Shown here piece after piece: positions 29,849-46,222 of a stretch of 64,000 bases of DNA; position 1 is the first letter of the stretch; each line of letters begins with the position of its first letter. The notes below the pieces were generated by a model. It searched no databases. It worked only from the letters and a program-made list of their open reading frames with translations, and was not told the origin of the DNA. A program made the translations under genes and the position numbers. Source of the DNA: the human T2T-CHM13v2.0 reference genome, Homo sapiens. The DNA lies in NCBI RefSeq assembly GCF_009914755.1, contig NC_060930.1; one strand, written 5' to 3'.

Positions 29849-32800
29849 GGTTGATTTGGAAATCATCTAACAGGTTACTTAATACAATAAAAACTATTAA
29901 TAGACTTGTGGTTGTAGAGTATAAGAACAAATCTACAGCAAGCTCCTATGAGCTTCATGCTGTGAACACTGGCTATGTCAAATCATTTTATGCTGCCTTC
30001 TTAGATGCAAGTATTCATTCATCCCATTATTTACTCAATCAATGAATATTTACTGAATCCTTTCTACATACCAGACATTGAACCAGACATGGCTCAATGA
30101 GGACTTGGTGTAGCCCTTGCGGGAGCTTACAGTCTCAGAGAGGGAAACAGTCATGTAAAAATGAGTCGTGGTAAAATACTACAAGTGTTTAGGATACTAA
30201 TGAAGTGAGAAAAAATAGATCAGATGGTCTTGAATTCTGGAAGGTGAGCTCACCAGATAGTTGAATTCCAAATACATGCAATGTTATGGTGTGTGTGTGT
30301 GTGTGTTTGTGGTGTGTCTACCTACCTACCTATGTCTTTTGACATATGAGCACACTCTCTCACATTCTGCTTGGTTTCAATGCCTGTTGCAAACTTACAG
30401 AGATAAGTGGATTATGATGGAGTGGGAAGTAGCAGTTAGAAGACATGTGTTCATATCTGGCCTCTGTTATTTATCTAACCAAGTGACCACAAACAAGTCA
30501 CTCAGCTTTTCTGAGCCTCAGTACCTTCCAAACTGGTTGTTTGGGGAATTAAATGAGATGTCAAGGGCTTTGAAAAGTATAAAATCTTAAATAGTCCAAT
30601 TATGATTTATTGAGAAAAAAATTGGATCTTCTCAGGAAAATAAATAGTTAAAATTAATAAGTGGCAAATGAAACCAGAGCTAAACCAGGTATAGGGAACA
30701 TGTTGTTATCTATACTTATTCTAGGTATTTCAGGTATTAAGTGACTTCTTGTGTGCAAAGTTTGGTTTTCATTGTGTTTACTATGGCGATACTGGTCAGT
30801 GGTGCTTCCTGCTTGGTTGGAAAGTTGAATATTTATTACCCCATGTATGTAGGGGTAGTTGAGGATGCTCTTAGTCAGATTAGGGACATCCTCTGATGGG
30901 CAATGCTGCTTTGTGGTTAGACACATGGACTCTACAGCTAACTCTAACAAGGAACTTAACCTTTTCTTGTGAAAATGAAGATAAAAATGATATCTGCTTT
31001 ATTATAGCATTATTATGAAAATTAAATAATCCAAAATTAAAGCACTTAGGAGAGTGGCTTGCACATAAGAGCAATTTAAGTGTTAGATTAATAAATTCTG
31101 CATCTCCGAAGCATCAGCGTTTACCAACAACTGTAGGTAAGATTTTACACCCAAGGCTGGCTTTTACTCTGCTGCCTTAGCACTAGCAATGAGTTCTCAG
31201 AAAACCCCTGGACTCTCCACTCTTCGGTGATAATAATCCCTCTGTTACTGCCTCATTTTACAAGTTTGGGGTGGGGGCAACAGAGTAACAATTGTTTACG
31301 TCATCATCCATGAACTGTAAAAATCCCAGTGCGGGGTCTCCTGGAAAAGCAATGAAACTGCCTCCTCCTTCTCCTGAGATTATTTTTGGGCTCATTGGTT
31401 TGCTCTGCTCCTGTAAAAGGGCTTTGTGGTGCTTTCGACATCTCTGGTGAAACTGCTACTGAATACAATCTTTCACAAGGGCAGTGTTTCAAAGCTTTAA
31501 TAATGAGCTGGCTTGAGCTTTGGCAATTTATCTTTAAGTAATAATTGGCAAATGCTCAAAAATGCATGAATGATACTTGTTGTGATGTTGCTTAAAGTAA
31601 TAGTGAAAAGCGAGGAATGATCTAAAGGTTGGACATAGGGGGCTGATTAATACATGATGACACCATATATTGATAGAGCAGTAAAATAAGATAAATTTCT
31701 ATTTTTATATGAAAAATTGTTTTTGATATGTTGTTAAGTAAAAAGCAAGTCACAAAGCCATAGGTAGAATTTGATCCAATTTTATTTTTTTAAAAAAGAG
31801 GTAACTTTTGTTTGTTTATATTTGAATAGAACAAGTTTTGAAGAATCTGTACAAAAATATTAATGGTAATGACCTCTGCATAGTGGTATTTTGAGTGGTT
31901 TTAATTTAACTGTGTTCTTTTTGCTTACCTGTATTTTCTAAATTTCCTGCAATGACTATGAATGGAATGCCTAAGGGTAAGAAAGGAGGAAAATATCTTA
32001 AAAAGGAACTTCATCGGTTTGGCTAGTTTTTGTCATCAAGTTATTTGGACAAAAAAGTGTCTGTGCATTCCAAGAGGGCCATAGCTCGCCTTAGGAACAT
32101 CACGCTTTCCTGCTGACTCTACAGAAGGGCAAATGCCTGTGGCTTATGTGAAGGCTGATGGTGTAAACTTGAGTGCTGAAAAGTGGTACAATGGGTATTT
32201 ACCTCTTCCTGCCTCCCTCCCCTTCCTGCCCACATTATCCTCAATGGAAAAGAGGATATCTATTGCACAAGGTCGAAAGTACTCTACTATCTAAGGTCTC
32301 ATGAGGGAGAAAAGGAGAGAACAATCCTTATCGCGACCTAGTAATCAATGGTGAGCTCTCTAAACCACAATGGCTCTCTTTTGCTAAACTAATTATCTTG
32401 GCTGAAAGAATATCTTTGAGCTTCTCCCAACAGACAAGTCTCAGTGATCAGGATAGCAGTTTGGAGCATTTGGCTAACAACTCCTAAGGGTGCTGCCAAA
32501 AGGGCTCCTAAGCCTGTTCTCAGGCTTTTCTGGCAGATTTTCAAAGCCCAGAAATCGGAAAAAATACAAATGGAAATAACAGAAAACTACAAGATTCCTC
32601 TCTCTCAGTGCTTCCTCAGCCAGCCTGACGCTCTTCTTCCAGGCTGAGCCTGCGGCCCTGGCTGTCAGGGAATGAGCTGGAAGACCTGATCTTACACCTG
32701 TGGCTTATTATTACCCCTGGCAGGGGTTTCCTCTGGTTTAGTGGCCAGACATTGTGGAGCCCGCTGATTTATTTCCTATCTGGCATTTTCCTTTTCGTTA

Positions 32801-34204
32801 GAATATCACTAACTGAGTTCAGGCATCCATGGACCTGGCATCGGTGGAAGGACCTTGGTGAAGAGAAACATTTTGGTGTAACAGCAAAGAACTAGGGCTC
32901 TGGGACTGAGTCACCACTTACCAGGCTTAGGCAGAATTTCTAAGCCTTAGTCTTTGCCTTTGTAAAATGGGAATAAAAATAATATCCACTTCACGAGACT
33001 ATGGTGAGGATTAAGTCCAATCTTGAACTTAAAGTGCTTAACCAGGCCTGGCATATAATAAATATTTAATAAAAGGCAGCATTAGCGAAGAGCAGCCTTG
33101 AGGAAGTTAAGGACTGACCTGACTCCAGTTTGAGAGCTGGAGGAAGGACCAGTTGGATCATCCATGACAGGAATCCATCACTTTGGGAATGTGATTCTCC
33201 ATTTCCAACCGCCTCCAAAGCAGGGTAATCTGGACAGTGACTTTTTCAGTAAAACACAGTGCCTTTCTATTCCGTAATGGTATTTTTTGTTTGTTTTTAC
33301 TCTTGTTCTATTATTTACCACTCTATTCACCCTCAAAGAATCAAAACATGATATTTAAAATAGCTATTTAATAAAGTGATGTTTTTGGCATCTTTTTTCT
33401 CGGTCTGTTTTCTTACATTTTTATCTATGGCTCTCTTTAGTCATAAAACTTCAGATGTGCAGAATCTGCTTAAAAAGCTACCAGGCAAAAAGAATTCTGC
33501 CTCTTATGCTGGCGGTTTCCTTTTAAAGGGAACACCAGAAAGCTCAGAATATTTATTTAAGAATAATTAGAAAAAGTGAACTATTAAATACTAAAATTAA
33601 AGAAAAGTCATCGAATCTACTTAAACTGCTCACTGCAGCTGGCAGCAACTCATTAAAAGTCAGTTTCAAAATGTGATAGCTTTCAAAGAACCTTTTTATA
33701 TATTTTCTGAGGTCTCTCTGAAAGGATTCCTTTCTTCATGAATATTGCTATTAAGGAGGGCCTGTATAAACCAAAACTAATTTGTAGGTAAGCATGGCTT
33801 TTAAAGGAATAGAAGCCCGATTCAGAAATGTTTACTGAACTGGAGTAATTGAGCTGACTTTCCCACATAGGCATACCAATTTTTCTTATTTCCAAAATGA
33901 ACCAGACATTTTAAAGTCCTAAGGTCCCATTTATGAAATCAGCTCCTATGTCCTTTGCACAGGTTTGTACTATGTGATCAGTATACTTTTATATGAGATT
34001 GGGTAGCTACAAGTGACATTTTAGGCTGCACTCTATGTGTCCTTTCAGATGACAAAGTCCTCTGTGATGTCAGGGAGCGGTTTCTCTCTACCTCTGCCTC
34101 TTAGTTAAACTTTTGCTCTTAAGAATAGAGTACTTATTTGTTTTTTCTCTTCTGAATCATGACTGACCTTAACTCCTCAGAACTTTTACAAACAAGAAGA
34201 ATTA

Positions 34205-34861
<657 letters not shown>

Positions 34862-34991
34862 TCAACTTAACTATACTCCTTTTCATCTCAATTGTGGTTC
34901 CAGGAACTGAATTCAATACTCCACTTGAGGAGACCTCCACCGAATGGAATGGCCTCTATATCCTCTCTGAATAGGACTTCTCTTACCTATC

Positions 34992-35759
<768 letters not shown>

Positions 35760-36234
35760 ACATCAGACCAAAGTCACCTCCTTGGCTCACTCTGTGTATA
35801 GTGATCTATATATAAGCCAGAAGAGTCTTCTACAAGTTTTGCCATGCATTGGTCAGGGACCTGCCATTCAATCAGTTGTGAAGACACCCACTTTATTAGT
35901 GTCTTTCAAAAGCCTTTGTCAAATGCTATTGGAGATTCAGCTGTACTCTGGCTATGGCATTGCCTTTATTTATTGGCTACTAAAAATGAATACAGTTATT
36001 TTGCATGAGGGTGGAGTTTTTGGTTTTGTTTTGTTTTGTTTTGTTTTCATTGAAAAGGCATCCTCTAAGTGCTGGGTACATGGTAGTCAGTCAGTAAGTG
36101 ATTTTTGAATGAATGAATAAACTAGGACTTCATGAATTACATGGGTTCCTGTTACGCCCTCTGAGTGGTTTTAACATATGTTTTAAAGCCAACCTACAGC
36201 ATGTGCAATTTATCTTAGAAACTTTTAATGATAG

Positions 36235-36729
<495 letters not shown>

Positions 36730-37409
36730 TGATGTTTGTTCTGCCACTCTTCGTCTAAAGTCCATTCTTCTTGAAAGAAAACTAAAAAGCAAAATGGAAT
36801 GTTTTTCGTTTTCACTCATTCATCTGCCGATATTATACTATTTGTCCCAAGAAATGGGCCTGTCTTTCTTATTCTTCTAATTTTGACTACTATTAATGAG
36901 ACCATTTTGTTGTCCTTAGGTGTTCATGATGTAAGAGCCCCTGCTATTACAGAATTGTGGGTTTCAACCCCGGGTGCTTCCTATTCTAGTAACTAACTGA
37001 ACTGCTGAAGCTCCTACAGAAGAATCCAGAAGAACCGACTCTGTGAATGATCTTTAACATTTTGAGTAGTACCTGGGGTGGCAAAGTGAGCAATAATTTT
37101 TAAATATTAAAACTGTATTTATGATTTCTAGAATATTGTTTGAAAATGTAGCATTTTTTAAACTATTTCACATAAAATATTGTGATACAGATAATAACTA
37201 CACCTGTAGTGCCTGAGCCACACAAGGTGCTTCACGTGTAATTCTCACAACACTACTGTTCACATTTTTACATTGGGGAAACTGAGGCTTCAGAGTGTGT
37301 AGTAACTCACCTAAGCTCACCCAACTCGAGAGTACCAAGCAAACACTCGAACTCAGGTTTGCCTACTCAAAGCCTGCACTCTCCACTCCACTACCCTGCC
37401 TGCCAACTT

Positions 37410-38770
37410 TCATTCATCTATTTGAAAAATATTTCTTGAGCACATGATATATGCCAAGAACTGTTCTAAGTGCCTAAGATACATCGGTGAATGAAGACAA
37501 AGTTTCCCACCCTTATGAAGCTTAGATTCTAGTGGGAGAGAGAGACAAATAAACAATATAATTTTATATAAATTTACATACATGATAACAAGTGCCAAGT
37601 GCCGGGGAAAAAGGAAAAGGAGAGCAAATTAAGAGGAATCAGGAAACTGAGCAGTGAGGGTGGAAAGAGGTCATCCTATTAAATGTAGGGTGAACGTCAT
37701 TGAAAAGGGGTCATTTAGGAGAGGGGGGAGTGAGCCAAGCATATCTCTGGCTCTGCCAGGCAAGTAGAACAGTGGGAGCAAAGGCTCTGAAGCAGGAATG
37801 TACTTGGCAAGTCCCAGGACCAGCAAGGAGGCCAGGATGGTAGTGTAGAGGGAGTGAGAGACAGAGGAGCAGGAGGTAAAGTCAGAATGGAAATAAGGCC
37901 TTGTTTGGGACACGCAGGACACTGTACTCTGAATTTAATGGGAGGCAGAAGGGAGGGAGGTGGGAACATCTTGAACAGAGGAGTGACATGCTCTGACTTA
38001 GCTTTTAGCAGGCTCACTGCATCAGCTACATTGAGAATAGACTGTTAAGAGGGAAAATGTGGAAGAAAGCCAGCCATTTAGGAGGTTATTGCAAAAATCT
38101 AGGCAAGATGTAATACCATTTAATGTTGTGACAATCCAGACCTCAATGGTATCAGTGGTGGGAGTGAGAGGTGATCAGATTCTGCATGTATTTTGAAGAC
38201 AGAGCCACAGTTTGCTGAAGGGTTGGATATAAGGATTGAAGGAGGAGGAGAAGTGAAGATGATACTGAAGTTTGTCCTAATCAACCGAAAGGATAAAATT
38301 GACAACTAAAACAGAAAAGGACAAGACAAGGCCGGGTGTGGTGCCTTGCACCTGTAATCCTAACATTTTGGGAGGCCGAGAAGGGAAGATTTCTTGAGCC
38401 CAGGAGTTTGAGATCAGCCTGGGCAACATAGAAAGACCCCATCTCTACAAAAAGCACAAAATTAGTTTGGCTGAGTAGCTGGGACTTGTGCCTATAGTCC
38501 CAGCTACTCTTGTGCCTATAGTCCCAGCTACTCAGGAGGCTGAGGTGGGAAGATTCCTTGAGCCCAGGAGTTTGAGGCTTCAGTGAGCTATGATCATACC
38601 ACTGCACTCCAGCCTGGGTGACAGAGTGAGACTCTGTCTCTAAAAAAATAAAGTAAAAATAAAAATAAAAAGGATAGGAGAAAAGGAGCTTGGCTTGACA
38701 TACTGACTGAAGTTTAGATGCTGATTAGACATCTAAATGGAATTGTTGAATAACCAGTTGGACACTTACT
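37410..38770 (-). mobile_element. L2 LINE fragment interrupted by an Alu (38330-38670, + strand)
   Basis: ttcattcat...aaatatttcttgagcac...tgccaag 3' end; cagattctgcatgtattttgaag L2 motifs. Confidence 0.75.
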
Positions 38771-39632
38771 ATCAATTTATATGCATCCTAGTATAGCTTA
38801 TTGATGCAAATTATTTACATTTAAATGGTTTGAATTATTGGTGAGCATTGGACATTTTTCCTAGTCTTTATTAGCTTATAATTGTATTTGTCAGTGTGGT
38901 TATTTGATTCTGATCTACCACATGACAGGATTCATTAGACTCCAAACTCCATGAGGGCAGGGGTTGCCTTTGTTGTTGCTCATTTTGTCTTTGTACTTCT
39001 ATCACCTAGCATCCTGCCTGGCAGGCAGTAGGTGCCCAAGCCACATACCAACCACTCAATAAATATTTGTTAAATGAATAGATATTTGTTTTAAAAATGA
39101 GTGCTTTATTATAAGAGGATTGCTGCTCTGAAAATATTTAGAAATAAAAAATGTTTTTGGGGTCTTCAAATTTCATCACCACGTTGTTTCACTAGAGGTT
39201 TTCACTAACTTGAATTCAGTATTAGAAAATGATTTTGTCAGAAATTATGTTCTTCATAAATATGAGGTTTCAAAAAGATTGAAGCGTGTGACTTTTAATA
39301 TATCTTGTAAAGATAATAAATGTATATTACACATATCTACTTATACAAATGTATAAATTGGCCCCTTCACATGGCAGGCATTTCTGGAATAGCAATGTAC
39401 ACCAATGGAAAAGCATTTATTTGATTTATAAAAATCACATATAAGTAATGGAGAACTTTCCTTGAATGCCACACACTTGTAAAGAGAGAGCCACTTTTTT
39501 GTAAATGCTGTGGATTTAAGTAGATAGCAATGAAACAAGAGTGCATGGAAATGGTGGGGGGAAAGGAGGTGAAGGATCTTGTGACCAAAACCATAAGGAG
39601 TTTGGATTTTGAGATACTTGGCACCTGTGTGT

Positions 39633-40316
39633 GTATAATTGCCCAGTGGGTTCACCTTGCTCACTGCCTAGACAGAGTCAATTTATCAAGACAGGGGAAT
39701 TGCAATTGAGAAAGAGTAATTCACACAGAGCTGGCTCTGCGGGAGACTGGAGTTTTATTATTACTCAAGTCAGCCTCCCCAAGCATTTGGGGATCAGAGT
39801 TGTTAAGGACAAGATAGTGGGTTGGGGGAAGCCGGTGAGCCAGGAGTGCTGGTTGGTTAGGTAGCAGATGAAATCATGGAAAGTTGAAGCTGTCCTCTTG
39901 GGCTAAGTCTGTTCTTGGGTTGGTGCCATAAGATCAGATGAGCGAGTTTGTCAACCTGGCAGTGCCAGCTGATCCATCAAGTGCAGGGTCTGCAAAGTAT
40001 CTCAAGCACTGATTTTAGGAGGAGTTTAGGGAGGTTCAGAATTTTGTAGGCTCCAGCTGCATGACTCCTAAACCATGATTTCTAATCTTGTAGACTGTCC
40101 TACAAAGGCAGTCTAGTCCCCAGGCAAGAAAGAGCTTTGTTTTGGGAAAGGGCTGCTATTGTCTTTGTTTTAAACTGTAAACTAAGTTCCTCCCAAAGTT
40201 AGCTCAGTCTATGCCCAGGAAGGAACAAAGACAGCTGAAAGGTTAAAACCAAGATGGACTCAGTTAGGTTAGATCTCTTTCACTGTCTCAGTCACAATTT
40301 TACAAAGCTGGTTTCT
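39633..40316 (-). mobile_element. LTR8-like ERV1 solo LTR
   Basis: Minus strand begins GAAACCAGCTTTGTAAAATTGTGACTGAGACAGTGAAAGAGATCTAACCTAACTGAGTCCATCTTG. Confidence 0.85.
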
Positions 40317-41628
40317 CATACTCCTGAATGACCAGAACACAAGGAAAGTAAACGATGTGCCTTTGGACTGATTAGTGTCCCCAGTGGGGAGCTTTTCTGG
40401 AGCCCTGGGGTCATTTCTGTTCTCTCTGCTATGGTTGAGGAAAGAAGTGACCAAGACCTTTAGTGTATATTCTACTTACTTCATTACTATGGAGATTTTT
40501 CTGCATATCTCATTCTGAGATAAGGGAGAGAAAACAAAATCTCAGAGGAGCAGTGCTGCATAAATTCGAATAGGACCAACAGTGCAAGCTGGGAGTATCA
40601 CCGTTCATTTGGCTTATGTCCATTATGTTCTCCTAAGCACAAAAATTTGAACTCCTTGGTTGAAACTGGACTCGGATATGGAAAAAGTGAAATCATGTGT
40701 CTGTATCTATTTTTACAAGATTGTCAGGTCAATGGACAGGCCTGGAAAATCTGAACAAGCCAAGATTCCCTACAGCTTGCCTAACCTACATCTGGCTCTC
40801 TAAGGAGAGCACATCCCTCATTCATCAGAGAAATCCATCAGGGAATAAGCCAGATTAAAAAGGACAGGCAGATCTAATGATATCCATCTGCTTATTGCTT
40901 CTTAATATTTGAGTATATTTTGGTGGTGTTTTCCATGCCTCCCTCTGCAAAGTGGGTGAGAGCGTGTGCCTTTGGCAGCTACACATAGCAACACTGGGCA
41001 GTGCTTGGGAGCTCTGGGCAAATTTCTTTAACATTCTAAGCATCAATTTTTTTTATTTATAAAATGGTATAAAAATAGAATATTTTAGAAATTTTGTAAT
41101 GCGTTAATACATGTGAAGAGTTAATACATACCTACTACAGTATCCAGCACAGAATAAGTGTTCTAAGTAGTAGCTTTCAATACAAAGAAATTGTATGAAA
41201 CATCATTATTATTATGAAAAGGGTAGAGTGGGGTTAGAATCATTGATTTTCAGTCTCTGCTAAATGTTTTCTGCTCTTGAATTCAATCTGTGTGATTTTA
41301 ACCTACTCTTAAAAATCTTCTCTTCATTAAAATAGTATAATGACATTTGGATACTGTGAAATATAAAATAGATTAAAATAGTTTGAAAGGTAGCAAGTCT
41401 TAACTATCTAAGTATAACTATTGCATCGAGAAGCACACATTTTTTCTGTATGGAGACAAATATAGCTGATCTAGTCACAGGGATGCCCTGTGACAGATGC
41501 AGGTGAATTGTATTCCCTTTGAATTCATAACCACCTCTCCTATCTTCCACAGGTCATTATCTTATCTTGATATTCTCAGTGGTATATCTCTGATAGGCAA
41601 AAATGCCTATCTCTCTCTCTCTCTCTCA

Positions 41629-41979
<351 letters not shown>

Positions 41980-43244
41980 TAATTGGCTGAAAAGTCAAGA
42001 GCAAATGAAACCCCATAAACATGTATCTCTGTAGTAGCTGAGAGCGAACCCAATTTCCTGACACAAACATATCATGTAACTGCCATTGAGGGGATCAAGA
42101 AACATATAAGGATCATGCCTGAAACTGACAGAGGCTCCAAACAGGGTAGAACATCTAGGTGTCTATAGTAAATCCTTTGACTTCTTTCTGGAGGAAAGGA
42201 TATATCATCCTCCCATCTCCCCAGAGGAGCATCCTACAGAGGTGCTTCAGCATCTGTGGGTTTTGCCATAGTAGGGAGATGATGGTGAGAATTGTCACCC
42301 ATCTCACTCACAATGGCCTCTGTGGCCTAGCCACTTTACCTCTTCCACCTCATCTGCTCTCATCTCCTCCCCACTAACTGTGCTCCAACCATATATACCT
42401 TCTGGGCATTTTTCAGACAGGCCAGGCATGTTCTGGCCTCAGCTATGCACTTGCTGGTCCCTTTTCCTGTAATACTCTCCCCCAGATATCCTTCCTCACC
42501 TCCTTCAGGTCTTTACTGGAATGTCGCCTTCTCCGTGAGACTTCCCCTAACCATCGTAATTAAAAATTGCAATCACCTCCCCCTAACATGTCTTCTACCC
42601 CTCCCTGCTTAATGTTTCTCCATACAGCTTACTGCTTACTACTTTTTATTTATCTTACTTACTGCCTGTATTTCCCACTAAACTATAATACCAGGAAGAC
42701 AAGGGTTTGTGTCTTGTTTGGTCCCACCTACATTCCCAGGGCTGGCCATGTAGTAGGCTCCCAATTTCTATCTGTCTAAGTCATGGACGGACACCCATAA
42801 GAAATGGGCATACGAGCCTTGATGGTGCTGGTAGACATGGGGTGGGAAGATTGAAGAACCGTGAGAATTTGAAGGACCTGGTGAGATTCAGCCTATTTCT
42901 GACCTGTTAGTCCTGGTTAGGTCTTCTGGGTAACCCCCATGCTGATACTAAATAAGAGCACAGTTTCCTGAAAGCAGTGCCCCAGGAGGATGGCCCAGGA
43001 ACTCAAGGGTCACTGGGGCAGAGCACACTGTGTGGTGGAAGGGTGTGGACAAGACAGGCTTAGGAGGGTAGGGGCAGAGAGAATGCTGGGACGTGGCAGA
43101 AATCAGGGCTGCCTGAATTCCTTGGGAATAGGTAACATCATTTCATACAAAGGTTGTGTGTGTTCTTAGGTGCTTTCTGTACCACCTTTCTTCAGGGGTG
43201 CCTAGCCACTTATTGTGGGTTTTCTCCTTGGTCCCCTTCTCTCT

Positions 43245-43533
43245 ATTTTTTACTTTAATTTTTTATTTCTTTTAACTTTCATTTTAAGTTCAGGGGTACA
43301 AGTACGGGTTTGTTACATAGGTAAACTGTATCATGGGGTTTGGTGTACAGATTATTTCATCACCCAGGTATGAATCCTAGAACCCATTAGTTATTTGTCC
43401 TGAGTCTCTCCCTCCTCCCACCCTCCACCCTCTGAAAGATCACCATGTTTGTTGTTCCCTCTATGTGTCCATGTGTTTTCATCATTTAATTCCCACTTAT
43501 AAGTGAGAACATGTGGTATTTGGTTTTCTATTC
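43245..43533 (-). mobile_element. 5'-truncated L1PA 3' end
   Basis: aagttcaggggtaca...tttgttacataggtaaac...cccacttataagtgagaacatgtggtatttggtttt. Confidence 0.9.
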
Positions 43534-43539
43534 CTCTCT

Positions 43540-43857
43540 CTCTTTTTAAAAATAGAGATGAAGTCTCGCCATGTTTTACATAATTACATAATTACTATAT
43601 TAGGAATGCCTTTGCTTGGCCTAACACTTTACTATAAAATGCAAATAATCTTAAGAGGGACAATAGAATATATTTCATCTAGTATTTGTATTTTAACGGA
43701 GAGAAGTTTATGACAACTCAGGAGCTAGTTCTGATAAGCACAAGGAGAGAGGATGAGGGCACTGAGCATCTGAAATGACTTGAATTCCTGGCCTTAAGTG
43801 ATCCTCCCGTCTTGGCCTCCCAACGTGTTGGGATTACAGGCATGAGCCACCACACCC
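43540..43857 (-). mobile_element. Alu monomer (FLAM-like) split by a ~205-bp foreign insert
   Basis: tagagatgaagtctcgccatgtt|insert|tgaattcctggccttaagtgatcctccc...gagccaccacacc. Confidence 0.85.
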
Positions 43858-44327
43858 TTCCTATTGTGGGTTTTCTTTATTCTCTATTGGCCAAGGGATG
43901 TTCCAGCTTGTTCCACTTGCCTCATCACATGGGGAGTCTTGGTTTACCTTTTGTTTTGTTTTGTTTTGTTTTACAAGTTTCTGTCTCTTTCTTTTATCCA
44001 GATAACTTATGCTATCCCAAGAGAAGAATGCTGTCAGGGCTAGAGTGCAATAAAGTAAGGCTGGGGAATAAATGAGCAAAATGATTCCATAGTCCACGGG
44101 GCCCTCTGTGTGTGCCCTCTTACGTCACAGTCATTTCAGATGCTCAGTGCCCTCATCCTGTCTCCCTGTGCTTATCAGAACTGGCTCCTGAGTTGTCATA
44201 AACTTCTTTCCATTAAAATACAAATACTAGATGAAATATATTCTATCATCCCTCTTAAGTATATTTGCATTTTATAGTAAAGTGTTAGGCCAAGCAAAGG
44301 CATTCCTAATATAGTAATTATGTAATT
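43582..44327. repeat. Long inverted repeat: 199-bp arms (43582-43780 and 44129-44327), 348-bp spacer
   Basis: Manual reverse-complement alignment gives about 9 mismatches in 199. Confidence 0.95.
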
Positions 44328-44774
44328 TCAGCATCTGCTGGTTAATGGCGGGACTGTGGAACCTAGTAACTTTGTTTCTGAAATCAGAGTCTAGGCTATT
44401 GTGTGCATAGATATGAATGTGGCCTCGGCTAGGGAGACTTCCGCCCTCAAATCTGTACTTTCTCAAGCTGGGGATCCTCAGGGTCTTTGAAAGACAAGTC
44501 TGCGTAAAGCAAGTGCTCTGTTTTTGAGTAGAGAATGCAGGGACCATAAAATCTTTAGCCTTCACTTCTCAGAAATCACCACTGATTCCAATAATAACTT
44601 CAAATATTCAGTAAATCTCAGGTATAGAAACTGGCCAATTCTTTATCCTTTTTGTCAATTACCAAATGATTACTCTGATAAAGATGGTAAAGACTTCCAT
44701 CTTTATTCCTCTGTATGGAATGACCAACATTACAACATGATGTACCCACAAATATTTAAAATAAAGAATTTTTG

Positions 44775-45075
44775 TCCAGGTGCAGTGGCTCATACCTGTA
44801 ATCCCAGCACTTTGAAAGACCAAGGCTGGTGGAACACGTGAGGTCAGGAATTCCAGACCAGCCTGGCCAACATGGTAAAACCCTGTCTCTACTAAAAATA
44901 AAAAAATTAGCCAGGTGTGGTGGTGTATGCCTGTAGTCCCAGCTATGAGGGAAGCTGAAGTAGGTTAATCGCTTGAACCCGGGAGGTGGAGGTTGTGGTG
45001 AGCCAAGATAGTGCCACTGCATTCCAGCCTGGGCAACAGAGCAAGGCTCTGTCTCAAAAAATAAATAAATAAATA
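44775..45075 (+). mobile_element. Alu (S-like)
   Basis: Dimer with (AAAT)n tail. Confidence 0.92.
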
Positions 45076-45910
45076 ATTTCTAAAAAACAATAAAAACCAT
45101 TACAACACGTATGCATTAATATTTCCTGACACCACTAACATATGTACTTTTAACTTTCTTATGGGTTTTCTGAGAACTATTAGTGCATTCTGCAGAGCTG
45201 CCTTCCAGGATTTGGAGACTAAAAAGCAGTTAATCATGTAAAATACTTTCTGGATATAGTAATGAAGTCTGGTTTCACTGTATTTTTCTATGTTTACTTA
45301 GCAAAAGGCTTAAATGAGCCCACAGTGATAAATGTGGCCAAGTTTCCCTTCCCCTTCATCCCTCTCTTTCCTTCTTCTTTCTCAGGAAATTGGTGTGGAA
45401 AATCACTCTGTCCTGGGATGGCAACTCTCCTTGTATCCAGACTTATCCAGAGCTCCCTCTGCTCCCTCTAGGCACATGACTTGAGCTTCATGTGCCACCA
45501 TGGGCATTGAAATTACAGTTTCCATAAACAGACAGACTGAGGACGAGAAGGGTAGAGGCAAATGCCATCAGCTTCTGTGCCTTGGGCCATGGATCCTATG
45601 GAGGCTGGGTTTCTCCCCCTTGCACCCTGTGAAGCTGGTAGCATACATGATTTTAACTTTCTGATGGGTTTTGACACCGTCAATACAGACCTTAGCTCTG
45701 CCAAGAACATCAGGCAAGTTCTCATAAGAAGTAGAAAGAAAAAAAAAATCTGGATAGCATTTCTCAATATTTCAAAATCCATGCCCTCCTTGGGAAAAAA
45801 TAAAATAAAATAAATGATTTGAAATTTCAAAATAAGCACTTTTATTTGGCTTTCCAACTATATACTTTTATCACAATATTGAATATGTTTTGTTTCCAAA
45901 ACACACATGT

Positions 45911-46222
<312 letters not shown>

